Shown here: in pieces, positions 26,361 to 43,377 of the stretch | Layout of the letters: every line of letters begins with the position of its first letter | How positions within the stretch are numbered: position 1 is the first letter of the stretch | Source: Penicillus capitatus | Lineage: Eukaryota > Plantae > Chlorophyta | DNA: 64,000 bases | Assembly (NCBI GenBank): GCA_965649825.1 | Contig: OZ287697.1 | Coordinates: 583,635-647,634, forward strand | Direction: 5' to 3' | Made by a program: the position numbers and the translations under genes | The notes under the pieces: model-generated | What the model saw: the letters and a program-made list of their open reading frames with translations, nothing else | Databases searched by the model: none | What the model was told of the DNA's origin: nothing

Positions 26361-29300
26361 TTACTGTTTCATGGCAACGGCCATGGCATTGAGCGCACTG
26401 CCATGTTTGAACCAAGTGATTTGGTTCTCGTTGAAGCTGTGTAGTAAATCGAACTCATACGTCGTTCCATCTGTCTTCTTTCCTCTGAGCTTTAGTGGCT
26501 TCCCAGGGGCGAAAGATGTCAAACCCAAAATGGAAACCCTATCCATCCAGGAGACGTCACATCAGAGGTAAGGGCATGTGTGTGAACAGAACCTGTCCTC
26601 GCTGTCGATTTTGTCGTAGTCTGATGGGTTGGCGAATGTCAAGGGAAGCAGTCCTTGTTTCTTGAGGTTTGTTTCGTGAATTCTGGCGAAGGATTTGACG
26701 ATGATGGCACGACCGCCAAGGTATCGAGGCTCCAGTGCAGCGTGTTCACGACTGCTGCCCTCGCCGTAGTTTTCGTCTCCGACGACCACCCAAGGAATGT
26801 TGGCATCCTAAAGTACACAATGTCCATTGTGTGACATCCCAAAGAGTGACCATACCTTGTATGCTTCAGCAGACTGTGGGACGCCCATGGCTTCGCCTGT
26901 CACAGAGTTCTCCACTTTGTTCACTTCGCCATTGGCTGCGTTAGTGGCGCCAATCAACATGTTCTTGCTGATGTTTTCCAGATGGCCACGGTATTTTAGC
27001 CATGGACCCGCCATCGAGATGTGATCTGTCGTGCATTTGCCCTTGACCTATTGGCACAGATCCTGTCTGCAGCATGTCCCAGTATCACATAGCAACGATA
27101 TACCTTGATCAGGACGACGGCATCGGTGAGATCGTTTCCGTCCCATGCATTAAACCGCTTGAGGATCTGTAGTCGCTGACTGCTGGGATCCACCTCCACC
27201 TTTACTGAAGAGCCATCGTCTGGTGGCATCTGGAAGGTGTCTTCCCCTGGACAGACGACGATGGATAGGGATCGGCAGTGAAGGTGAGTTCGTGTCGAAC
27301 CTTGCTCGAATCCATGGGATGGCAATTCGTCTCCGCTTGGCGGATTGAGCGTAATCTCTGTCCCGTCGGCGCCGATCAATGTGTCCTTCTCTGGATTGAA
27401 CGTAAGATCTCCGGCAATGGCAAATGCTGTCACCAGTTCTGGAGATGTTACGAAAGCATGCGTTCCTGGATTGCCATCGTTCCTTCCTGTGAAATTGCGA
27501 TTGTACGACGAAACGATAGAATTCTTTTCATCTGCACATGACCACAGGCATCGTTCAGATCATCAACCATCGCCTTTGCTATCTTACTCTGTTCCACATC
27601 TGTGCGTTTCCACTGGCCAATACACGGCCCACAGGCATTGGCCAGAACTGTACCGCCGACTTTCTCAAAGATCTCCATGAGTTTGTCTCTGGCAATCGTC
27701 GCGCGAATCTGTTCTGAACCTGGAGTGATGGTAAACGGAATCTTTGTCTTGATTCCGGCTTTCAGTGCTTGCTCTGCTACACTGGCTGCCCGCATCATGT
27801 CTTCATAGGAGGAGTTGGTGCATGATCCAATAAGACCAGCTTTCAGTTCGCTTGGCCAGCCATTCGTACGAACGTTGTCAGCAAACTGTGATAATGGATG
27901 GGCAAGGTCTGGAGTGAATGGGCCATTAACATGCGGCTCCAATTCAGAGAGATCCAACTCGATGAGCTGATCGTACTCGGCACCCTCATCTGGACGAAGA
28001 TTCTCCTGAAAGCTGTCCGCCAGCGAAGCAGCAGATTCACGGCCGGTAGCGACGAGGTAGTCGTGCATTCGAGCATTGTAGGGGAACATAGAAGTCGTCG
28101 CTCCGATTTCGGCACCCATGTTACAAATCGTCCCCATCCCTGCACCACACCATTTCTCGATCTGTCACATCATGTACGATTCACCGCAAAGTACGCGCAC
28201 CTGTGCAAGAGATGTTATCCACTCCGGGTCCATGGTATTCAATGATGGCGCCTGTTCCTCCCTTTACCGTCAAGATACCGGCAACCTAATGACGTCGAAG
28301 TGATGCGAAAAGGGCCTTGGCAGAATGGATGCGTACTTTACAGATGACATCTTTTGGCGACGTCCATTTCGACATCTTCCCTTTCAGGTGTACACCGATC
28401 ACCTTGGGCGCCTTCAGTTCCCATGGCAGACCAGCCATGACGTCGACAGCATCGGCACCTCCCACGCCCACAGCACACGTCGCAAGACCGCCGGCATTAG
28501 GCGTGTGAGAATCTGTTCCGATGATCATCAAACCCGGCAGCGCATAGTTCTCCAACACAATCTACCAGCAACTCTTTGATCCCATGGATCAATGGAGAGA
28601 CGATTTGACTTGATGGATGATTCCTGATCCGGGTTTCCAGAAACCGATGTTGTACTTGGCTCCGGCCGTCGCGAGGAAATCGTAGACTTCCTGGTTCGAC
28701 ATTTTGGCCAACTTCAGATCTGCCTCTCCTCCAAAATTGCCATCCCTAATGTCACACTTGACGCTCACTCTTTTGCAGATGTTCATGCAGGAATGGCCTG
28801 TCTTCTTGTGGTGAGGTCGTTGCCTCGATGAGATGATCACAGTGGATGGTGGATGGCACCATGGCTTTCGGCAATCCCGATGACATGAACTGCAGCATCG
28901 CCATCTGTGCCGTTGCATCCTGCATGGCCACCCGATCTGCAATGCACCCATCATCAGGCTTTATACCCAGGCACGCATCGCACCTGGTCGTAGTCGCAGG
29001 TAGCTTTGTCCCCTGACCAAATCCTTCGATTCGGGGTCATCCAAATGACCATAGACAATCTACCGAACACAGAGATGTCGAAGTCAAGCGATGCCTGTCG
29101 GAGTTGACTTTCTCCGCCAATGTCAACGGTTTGTTCAGTGTCTTGCGAACGAACTAACAGAAAAATGTGTTTGTCCAATGCGAAGAAGGTGTATGCGCTT
29201 TGCTACTTTCAGACGGTCTTCGAGTTTGAGGTATCTGTCGTTCAGATGTTCGTTTTTCTCGAATCGGCTCATCGGCACCTGGCATGACATCGTTCGAAGG

Positions 29301-29488
29301 CGTTGTCCTTCAATGCAATGGTGGACCTTATCGGAAGTGGCGGCTGCCGAAAAACAAGCAGCGCGAATCCACCGTGTGGCACATCGTGAACTCAATGCTT
29401 TTCGTCGGAACTGTCGCACGTAAAGAGGTGTTCGAGCAGGACAATGTGGAAAAATGCTTGCCTGCGAAAACAGGGCTGAGGTGTGCAT
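26361..29488 (-). CDS. ACO2: Mitochondrial aconitate hydratase (ACO2 type)
   Basis: [60 protein letters not shown] and [18 protein letters not shown]. Confidence 0.96.
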
Positions 29489-30767
29489 CGGTCGATAGCG
29501 ACGTAAGAAAGAAAGGCTGGTGAATGTGGGAAACGTAATGACTTGCGGTATCATGCTGATGTCGACAATTGGCTGAACGCAGATAGCTCATCCTTGCGAT
29601 CCACACGACATCCAAGCGATGATCATCATACAGTATGCAAACATGCATTTGACAGTCATAGGGTGAGAATAGCAGGTACATCAGTAAAACGCTCTCTTCG
29701 CTCGTTTGAGAGAGCGAACGGTTTTTCAGACATGGCCAGAAAAACAGTTGGTGGTGAGTTGGTGCCGTCCTGCCAGAGATGAAGAGAGTGAGCATTTGGC
29801 ATGAGCAATGGCGTAACGGCAGTCACATCAGACGCCTCTTTCTTGTACCCAGCATCTTTCGGCAGGTAAGGTTTTTTGACATTTCGGCCGTGGAACGACG
29901 ACCGTTGTCTGAGAATGGAAGCGTAGTCGTTATGCTTTCGAAAGATATGTAACAGCGCGCCAACGCAAAACAAAGATGATAGATGCTTCTCTTGTGTCTT
30001 TCCACGATAACCGTGCAGCGCATGTGGCATAGCATAGCAAAACTCTTGAATTCAGAGGATGAAACGATAGGAAGTTTGCTTTTGCGACTGCCTCCCGTCG
30101 ACCAGATCTAATCGACTTGCGGACAAACCGGACACATCCTCTTCAATAGTCTTTCTTCAAATAGCGTTCGAGGGAAGAGGATCAAACCAGTGCTCCTGCA
30201 GAGCTGCAGGTCCATTGATCGTCGAATCGGCGAGATTTGGAGGATCTCCCAAATGCAGCGGTGTTTCTGGCGAATGTGTCGTGGCCCGTTGCATGCTATG
30301 AGTACCTTTATGAACCGTGAAGTCATCTTCTCTTTGTTCGACTTCGAGATAGCCGCGTATTGTCTTCCTTTCTAGTATCGAGCATTCAGAAAGGAGAGCA
30401 TTGCTGAGCGACGCGAATTCTGCCGAACACTTGTATTTCTGCTCAGTATTGTAGGTGTTTGATCCTAGTTCGATTTCAGCTGGTCGACATCCAGCTTCAC
30501 AGGGATAAATGCTAAAGTGACAAAAACGGTGTGGCTGATCCTATGCCCTCGGAAAGCACCAAATGTGGTCGTATTACTCTTTCCTTTTCGCGCGAGAGAG
30601 CCTTTGCAGTCCTATCGTAGGCTACTCGAACAAAACACTAATAGCGCTGTTTTTTCATTCGAAATCCATTAAGTACAATGCCCTTTTCGCTAACCCGTAT
30701 AGACGTCTATGAGAATTCACACCTCAGCACATAACTAACCATTTGCATTCTCAAAAACTCAAGGCCT

Positions 30768-33700
30768 TCACAGGGATTCTGATCGGAACTCAGAGATTTC
30801 AATCTCGGCCTGACAACTCGATCCTCCCACGTCGATGCAATTTATACTGGTTTGGCCGGAAGACGCACATTTGATCTTCAAGTATGTCACAATGATGCGA
30901 TACCATTCCCATTCTTCGCAATCCACCTGCAGTGCCGACTCCACTTCCAATCTTATCTGCTCAAATTTAAACCATACCAACGCGAAGAGAAGAACAGCAA
31001 GGAACACAACATTGCCACACAGCAGAAACACGGTAAGGATCATTTGGATCACATCGTTAATGAATCTCTCCTCGTTGAGAATGAGCCCACATAGGAAAGT
31101 AAAAAAGCTCACGGACAGAGACACGTTTTCGAGGAAATTCAATCTCTTCAGTTTATGGTCGAATGGATTGAAATGCGTTTGCAGAAATTGGGCGATGGCG
31201 ATAACCGCCAGTGCCAAGAGTCCTTGAAGGTTGCCGCCGAGTCTGTAAGCAAAAACAATGATAATGGAGAGAGCAGCTTTTCTGAGGAGTATCAAACAAT
31301 CCCAGTAGACATACTTCTCGTCAAAGACCATAAACACAAATCCCATCGTTTCTCGAGTCCACTTCCACTGCAGTCTGTTCTGCTTGCGAGCGAATGCCAG
31401 ACACACAGCCAGTGCCACTGGGAAAGCGATGGTAAAGGCCATCAATGGAACGGAGACGACCAGGATATAAGTGAGATGCATGCCGGTGTAGCACTTCACA
31501 GATGTGTCTTCCATCCAGTATCGATGCGTTGCTTCAACATCGTCTAACTTGATGCCATCGTGGACCTTGGCACAGTTGAAGGCACCGACGGCTGTCGTTA
31601 CCACGGTCAAGTAGGAGTGGTAGGCGACAACGATGTGTGCCAGAATGATTCTCCTCAGCAGTCTTCTCCAGTTCCTCTCCATCTTTGGCTCAGCCAGACA
31701 TAGCGATGCAGACATGAGAAGAGCGACGAGCTCGGGAGATAAGGCAACGATGATCTGACGCAGAACGGTGCGTGGAATGGCGTTCCCAGAAGGCAGCACA
31801 CAGTCTAACAGAAAGGAGGACCCAATGAAGACAGCACCTCCGACGGAATCTGCAGAACGCATGCGATTCAGAACACTCTTCTGCACTGGAGAGTCGACGC
31901 ACCATAAACTTTGAACAGAGTGAAGGCGGGCACGCTCCATGACACATCGAAAGAAGAGGCGGCGGCAATAGTCTGAAGAAGATTAATGGTGATCTATGGA
32001 CGAACGCCACTCATTGCTGTACAGATATGGAAAGTACTTGCCTTGAGTACACCCAGAAAATTGCGCTTTGCTTCAACGGCATCGCCGACCTTCAAACTGT
32101 TTGTCGTTCTGTTGTTTGAACGAGCAGGTTTTCTAGTGTCAATGGTCACGGTGTGATCTGAGTTCTTGCACTTTCTACGTGGGCCTAGCGTTCTTCTGTT
32201 TGTCCCATGGACACTCAGGCTTTTCATTCTGATCTCCATCCATCCCTTCTCGGCGTGCAGTGTCTCTTTGATCGGCAGGTAAGCTAAAATCAACTGAAAT
32301 GCTAAAACGGCGATCAGTCCAAGCACAGCAAGCGGCAGTGATATACAGGATTCACATTCGAAGCTTCCCAACCGGCCGCTTGTCGTGGTACAGGATCCGC
32401 ACAGTGGTCCTGTGTACTCGTTTGCACATTGACTAGCTCGGTACTCCGTGACACTGCTCTCACTAAAGTTACACGTCATTTCATCAAGACTTGGATCTTG
32501 TAGCATATTCCATCCCGTAAAATTGCAGGCTTCTTCGTAAGCACATCTGTCCATCTGATGTGAGCATGGAAAGGAGTTCCAGTAACCTTTTCGCGGAACT
32601 GTAAAGTTTGTCCGGCAGTCTGCATGTTCAGGACATGCTTCACAATCTGTCTTGTTCAAATCAAAAGAATACTGATTCAGTTTGCACGGCTTGCAAAACT
32701 CTCCTTCCTGGACAGATTCCTCATTGATGGTACAATTGCGGACATTCACTCTGAGAGTAATGTCTTGTTTACGCTTGCATCCATCCACGTGAAGGTTAAG
32801 GTCATACGATCCCGGTTTGACATAACGCTTTCCAACGGTTATGTTGCCAGTTCCCGAGGAGATATCTTCCTGCACTCGATTCTCAAGAAAATGCATGGTG
32901 GAGTCCGTCTCTGGTATAGAAGACAGCTCAGCATACACAGGCTCGTCATAAACGTCTTCTGCGGAATCGGGAAGTCTCTTCATAGACGATCGATTATATC
33001 TGGCCACAGAAAAATTGTTCCCGAAGGCATCGAACATCACGACATTCAACACTGGCAAATCCTGTCCACTCTTCCATTCCTTAAGCGTGGGGGTCGGATC
33101 GTCGAAGAAAAATGCGTGTAGACGATCAAGCTTGATGAAGAAGACACAGAACCCAGTGGATGGACTTGCCAGATTCTCTTCATAACCTCTTGAAATGGTG
33201 TTATTGAAGAACCTGCTGTTTTTGAAAGGATTGTAAGGAGGCCTCTCCATTGTCTGACAGTTGAACTTGCTTCCTGCAATCTGTTTCGCCGACTCTCCAT
33301 CTATCTGCAGGAGAGAAGGATCTTCAGTGAATATGCCAGCACCAGAAGACCAAGCCGTGTTGTTCCATATACTGCTATTCCAAATTTCGACTCTCGAGCT
33401 CAGTTTGTTGCCTGTGGGGACACTGTCAGACTTTGACGAATTTCTGTTGACGTGGACAGTGTGCTTTCCCATGTCGACGATGTCCATAAGAGAGATGGCT
33501 CCTGTGACAAGACCCTTCGACAGAGCATGAGAGATTTGAGAGATTACCGCCAATCGATGCATTGTTCCGGACAAAAGCCGAGTTCATGATTTTCCACTGT
33601 CCTTCATTGACCACACGGCAGAAGGAAAGGCCTCCACCAAAGGTCGCTTCGTTGTCATGAAACAGACAGTCTTCAATCGTCAGATTGCTCTCTGCGTAGA

Positions 33701-35943
33701 TATGAATGGCTCCGCCTGATTTAGCTGCATGGTTTCCATTGAACGTACAACGACGGATCATCGCTGTGCAGTTTTCGATGCGTTCATCGTTCTCCTCACA
33801 ATTGACATTCACGGCACCGCCTCTGACCGCCGCCGAGTTCTCGGAAAACTCCGAGTTTTGGATGGTGATGTTGGACATGGCCTCTATGGCTCCGCCGCCA
33901 TATTGGCTCTTGTTCTTGGTGAAAGTGCAATTCTGAACGATTGCTGGTGTTTTCTCGGAGAGTATCCCTCCAGCTTCTCCATCGCATGCACAATTGTTCC
34001 GGAATGTGCAGTTCGTCACATCCAGCTGATGGGCATCGCGAATACAGACAGCAGCCCCACTCTTCCCTCTGTTGCTCTCGAAACTGCTGTTATTTAAATG
34101 GACATGGACGCTCTTTCCCGTCACAAGCACCGCTCCACTACTGTGCTCTCCTGTATTATTGGCGAACTCGGAACTGTCTATAGCGAGTCGTACTGTTGGC
34201 TTCCTCGTAACACGGACATCTTTGGATCCGCAACGGGTCTCTGTGTTATGGTACTGTCCTTCCAAGAACACGGCGCTCCCACCATCGTTTTGATCATGAT
34301 TGTTCGAGAATCTGCTTCCAAGGATATGAATGTCGCCACTGGTCCGGTGAAAAGACAGAGCTGCTCCTCCGAGTCCAGTATTGTTCTTGAAAGTGCAATT
34401 GCGCATCATAAACTCCTTGACATGGCTGTTGATCAATCCGATCGCACTTCGCACATGTACATCATCAGGCATTGACCAGGACGCAGTATTATTCGCGATG
34501 TGACAGGAGTCGAAGAAAATCGCTCGACGCTGTATCTTAGAAAAATAAACTGCGGTCCCGTACATCGCCTGGTTCTCCAAAAACACACAATCCTTGAATT
34601 CTATACGCTTTGTCATTTCTAGTCCCCCTGAAGTATTTTCCAAGTTCCCATAAAAATAGACAGCCGCGCCAGATCCACGACCTCTCATGACATTTTCGGT
34701 AAAACTGCAGGAGGTGAAGGACACGTTGCGAGGATACCGCATATCTACTGTTCCTCCAAAGTCACCAGCATCATTCTCAGAGAATTCAGAAAAAGCGATC
34801 TCTGCTGAAGAGCTTTCTGTGCCGATAGCTGCACCGTAGCAATCGCAAGAATTATTTAAGAAACTTGAATTCTTGACAGTCAAGGAAGATGATTGGACTT
34901 GTACAGTTCCCACATTAAGTCCATTGTTGTTTGCAAACACGGAATCGAGAATACGCATTTCCCCGCGTCTCAGCTTCAACACAACTGTCTTGAGGTTGTC
35001 CATCGCTGTTAGGTTTTTAACAGTCGACGACGAACCTTTAGGAAAATGAAAGAAAGCACCCTTCTCAGAACTTTCCCATTCCCATCTGTTTGCGATCACT
35101 CTAACATTTGTCAGCGAATTGTTCTTCGATAAAGATGATGGACTCGTATATACGTTGTCTTCAAAATGGACGTTATGGAATTCGACCTCTGGATAGCAGG
35201 TCTTGTTACGGATAACCACCCCCACAGATCCTCCCCAATTCTCATTTCGTTTGAAGGACACATTGGATAGACGCATTTTGTGTTCTGATGATGATTTACG
35301 ACTGCAGTTACCGGTTTCGATAATGCCTGCAACGGCATTCTCGTCCGATGATAGACTGCAGTTCTTGATGATAACATTCTTCAGTATGAAACTGCCGTTC
35401 CTGCAGAATCGGCGCATTCTACTTGGTCGACAGAGGAGAGGAGACACCACTCACTTCACGAGAAAAAGACGGTCCCCTCTGGGACACCGAAATTGCGCTC
35501 TTTTGGCCGAGTGGCTGTGGTTAACATTCAGCGCCCCGTCGATCGTCACATGTCGACGAATGACGAGGCGTTTGGAAGGATGGATCTTTAGCGACGGCTT
35601 CAGAGAAATGGTGTCGCCATCCTTTGCACCATTGAGAATTTCCTGAATTTCCGTGCTATTGTCTTCCGTGACCAACAGCGTTATGCTGCCGTCTTCGCGG
35701 GGTACCCTTCCTACGTTACTGGACTCAGCGAAGGAACCTAAAACACCACGAACTCGAGTCAGGTTATTACACACTCCGGTATCGCTGTGCAGGAAACACC
35801 GAGCTGCTGTGATTCAGTATTGCGCGAATTTCTTTCGCAATTATGCGCGTACTTTGAGTTGTCTCTTGGGCGACAACCCATTTCGCCGAGGAAATAATCA
35901 AACACAGTGCCACAGCACATAGATGCATCTTTCGTCTATCCAT
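30768..35943 (-). CDS. Large surface or membrane protein: signal peptide, GGA(I/V)/FxxN parallel beta-helix repeats, Cys-rich repeats and a multi-TM C-terminus
   Basis: MHLCAVALCLIISSAKWVVAQ is a signal peptide. FxxN...GGA[IVL] motifs repeat. CKPCKLNQYSFDLNKTDCEACPEHADC, YTGPLCGSC and YWMEDTSVKCYTGMH precede several hydrophobic helices (YWDCLILLRK). Confidence 0.85.
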
Positions 35944-36725
35944 CGAGTAGTAGTACAAATAAAGTAGAGAAGTTGGAGTGGAGATGGCGGCTGACGGCAA
36001 GCGTCCGTATATGAGTGCTCAGAGCGAGTATTTAACGTTCGTCCTGGTTACCTAGCGCAGCAGCTACAAACGGACCACGTGCATAATGCCGAGAATGCAC
36101 GCGGTCTTTCGTTTAATCCCGCGGTGACATGACCAGTATAACATAGCGTCGCTTCTTGAAAGCAATCGAAATGGAAGCTTCCTTCCACAGGGAACAAGCT
36201 CGTGACACGGAAACGCTTTATATAATATCTGTATCGCTGCCTCTCCCTTGTTCATTCAAGTATCGCCTGCCCTCCGAACAACGGATGCTTTGAAGGAAGA
36301 AGTAGACAGCAGACTTCTCGCTGTGTTGACAAGAGTAAGCAAACAATAGCCAGGGAAATGAATTTCGAGCACAGCACGTTAAAGAGAACGGGTTGGTTAC
36401 ATGTGGGAAGAGAAGGTCATTCGTTCTGCGTAAGAAGCACCTGCCCCGTCGTCTATTTAAAAAGATTGCATGGAGGGGCAGGCGTCCTTGCGCTAATCAC
36501 CTTTACTCCATTTCGATAACGTATCGCACGCAGTATGAGAAGGAATGGTCGTGATATATGATGCCAGAAACACATGTGTGTCCAGGTCTTTGTCTCGCTA
36601 CTGACCTGGCGTCTTTTGTCCTTTGTGACCGTTGCGGAGTGAGGTGACGTGACGTGCGACGCGCGAGGCCACAGGCCACATCATTCACCCTTCATGTGTC
36701 GTACGCCTTTCCGCTTGTTCTTCTC

Positions 36726-40770
<4,045 letters not shown>

Positions 40771-41006
40771 GAAACAGTAACTATTGCATGACATGATCGT
40801 CTCAGAGCCTTCGCGGCCACAAATCTCGCCCTCCTTTGTTGCCATCGATTCCGTCCTTTAGCAAAAATCTTGTCTCCCTCTCCAAACGCAATAAATACAT
40901 CAGTCACATTCAAGCGTGACTTAGAGAGAGCAGTTAAATCACATAAACATGGGAGTGGACATAATGTATTGCAACGAAGCCTTCTCACACATTCAAGGCG
41001 ACAGAT

Positions 41007-43041
41007 TCAGTAACGTCCACGAAATCCTCTTGGTCTTGTATTCGCAAAATCTTGTCGTGGTCTGTTATGGTTCCATGAGGAGCGTCCATTCCTGCCTCCG
41101 TGACTTCCGTATCTCCAAGAGGGATGTGGCATGTCTCTTCTCCCTTCACGAAACATTGGAGGATCGGGACCCCTTGGTATATATTGCAATCTCGGTAGAG
41201 ACGTCACGATTTCCATCGCACATCCATCCGAAGCATCTTTGTAGGCATCGAGCAATCCACCCACCTCATCTTCGTGCACATCGAATACCACGCCTGGCGA
41301 TCTGTCTAGCAACCGAATACCCTTGAGCTCTGCATTCCCTCCCGCCTCTTGGATCTGCCTCTTGGCCCATTCGATCGTGATGGGACGTTCAGATGTACAG
41401 GACCATTGAAGTGTGACATGTTGTCCCAGATGCAGCAGGAGAGATCGCTGTTGCTGTTTTGCATAGCCAGTGATGCACGCCAAACAAGTGGCGACTAACT
41501 CAGCGGGATCTTCCCATTTCTGCAACACCTTCTTGGCAGCTTCTTTGAACATATGTCTCTTGTGCCGCTTCACACCTTCCATCACTTCCTCTGCCTTCTT
41601 CGTGGCCCCTTGGATCATGTCCTGCATTTGTGGTGGGTCTATCCGTTGAAATCGAATCCTTCCTGTGCTTTGAATTCTTCTCAGCAGAAACTCTGTGGAA
41701 CGGGAGATGACGCAGATGCAGACACCCGTTCTCTCTGCTCTGCCTGTTCTTCCAGAGCGATGTACATAGGATTCGACATCTCTGGGCGGCGTGGTCTGGA
41801 TGACCAATCCCACTTCTGGGATGTCCAATCCCCTCGCGGCAACATCGGTCGCGACCAAGACATCGATCTCTCCAGATCTGAATGCAGCAAGGGTCATCTC
41901 TCTGGTCTTCTGTTGCAAGTCTCCATGAATCGCACGGGCTTGCAGAGATGTTGCAAGTGTTTCGGCGACTTTGTCGCAGTTGGCTTTCGTATCGACAAAC
42001 ACAATCGTTCTTCTGCCATTCGCATAGCACTGAATGAGATCTGGCAAAATCGAAATCTCCATATAACGATCGACCATCACACACTTGTGCTCGACACAGT
42101 TTGTTGCTTGACTGCTCTGATGTGTCATGAGATCGATGGTACGATAGTCTGATTTACAGAACTTCTGTAGAAGGCCTCTGACCCATGGAGGCAGCGTTGC
42201 ACTGAAGAGCAGGGTTTGGATGTGACCTCTGCTGCCCACGGCATTCAGAATAAACTCAACGTCCTCGACGAAACCCATCTGCAGCATTTGATCACACTCA
42301 TCCAAAATCTGAAACCTGTCATCGACACACACAGGAAGAGGAGGACAACACGATATCTCTGTCTCTACTTTAGATTCGAGAAATCTAGGTTGCCTCTGTT
42401 GATGTGATCTTTGATGCGACCTGGTGTTCCCACCAGGAAATCGATCCCTCTACGCAAGGCACGTTCCTGCTCGTAGTATGGATGGCTTCCGTAGATGCAG
42501 CAGGTGATAACGTTGCCCGCTTTGCCAATATAAGCACATTCCGTTTCCACCTAATACCATCATCGGTCACTCTCACTCTTTTCACACATCTTACCTGTTT
42601 GGCAAGTTCTCTTGTCGGTGTGAGACAGAGAACAGAAGGTCCACGACCCGCAGGCCGGTTGGCATCGTCTTTCATCAAGTGTTCCATGATGGGCAGCACA
42701 AAGGCAAGAGTCTTGCCGCTGCCTGTCTTCGCTCGTCCCACCACGTCAAAACCGTCCAGCACCAAATCGAATGTCTGGGCTTGGATAGGGAACAGACTAC
42801 TGATGCCTTTCGCTAACAGCAACGACTTAACGCCATCGGACAGACGAAAACGATCGAGAGCGTCGGGATCATTTTCCGGTGAGGTGGGAGGAGATTCGAC
42901 GACGGCTTGGTAGATTTCGTCTCGATAGGTTTTGCGTTTTTTCGTTTCGGGCATTGGCTCAGGGGACGGCGCTTTCGAGATCTTTTTGCGCTCGTTTTTC
43001 TCTTTTGGTTTTTGCCCTTTTCGATCGACATCCTGCGTCAT
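41007..43041 (-). CDS. RH7: DEAD-box RNA helicase RH7/DDX21-like with GUCT-like C-terminus
   Basis: [63 protein letters not shown] and an RGG-like tail. Confidence 0.93.
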
Positions 43042-43104
43042 CGCGCGTTCGACGAAGCGGCGGCGATGGCGCGATGGAGAAACGGTGCGAGAACTCGGCA
43101 TCGA

Positions 43105-43299
43105 TCATTTCTCAACGTCACGATCATCCAATTTAGCACAACGATCCGCCGTCACACTCGGCATCGTCTTATTCAATTGCATTGCCCAGTCGGCCGAGTC
43201 AAAATGCTTCGTCTCTTTAGAGATCAGTCCTCGCTGTGGTTTGACGTTTCCATACTTCTTGACAAAAGCGGCTTCCTGTTCTTTCGCCTGTTGATCCAT
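43105..43299 (-). CDS. ENSA: Endosulfine/ARPP19 (Igo) PP2A inhibitor
   Basis: EQEAAFVKKYGNVKPQRGLISKETKHFDSADWAM contains the Greatwall-phosphorylated FDSADW motif. Confidence 0.9.
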   Translation of the reverse strand: MDQQAKEQEAAFVKKYGNVKPQRGLISKETKHFDSADWAMQLNKTMPSVTADRCAKLDDRDVEK

Positions 43300-43377
43300 C
43301 ACGACGATACGGTGCGCAATGATATGTCGCTTCGATTGCATCAAAATTGAGGGCGTTGTGAATTAAAAGCGTCAAAC

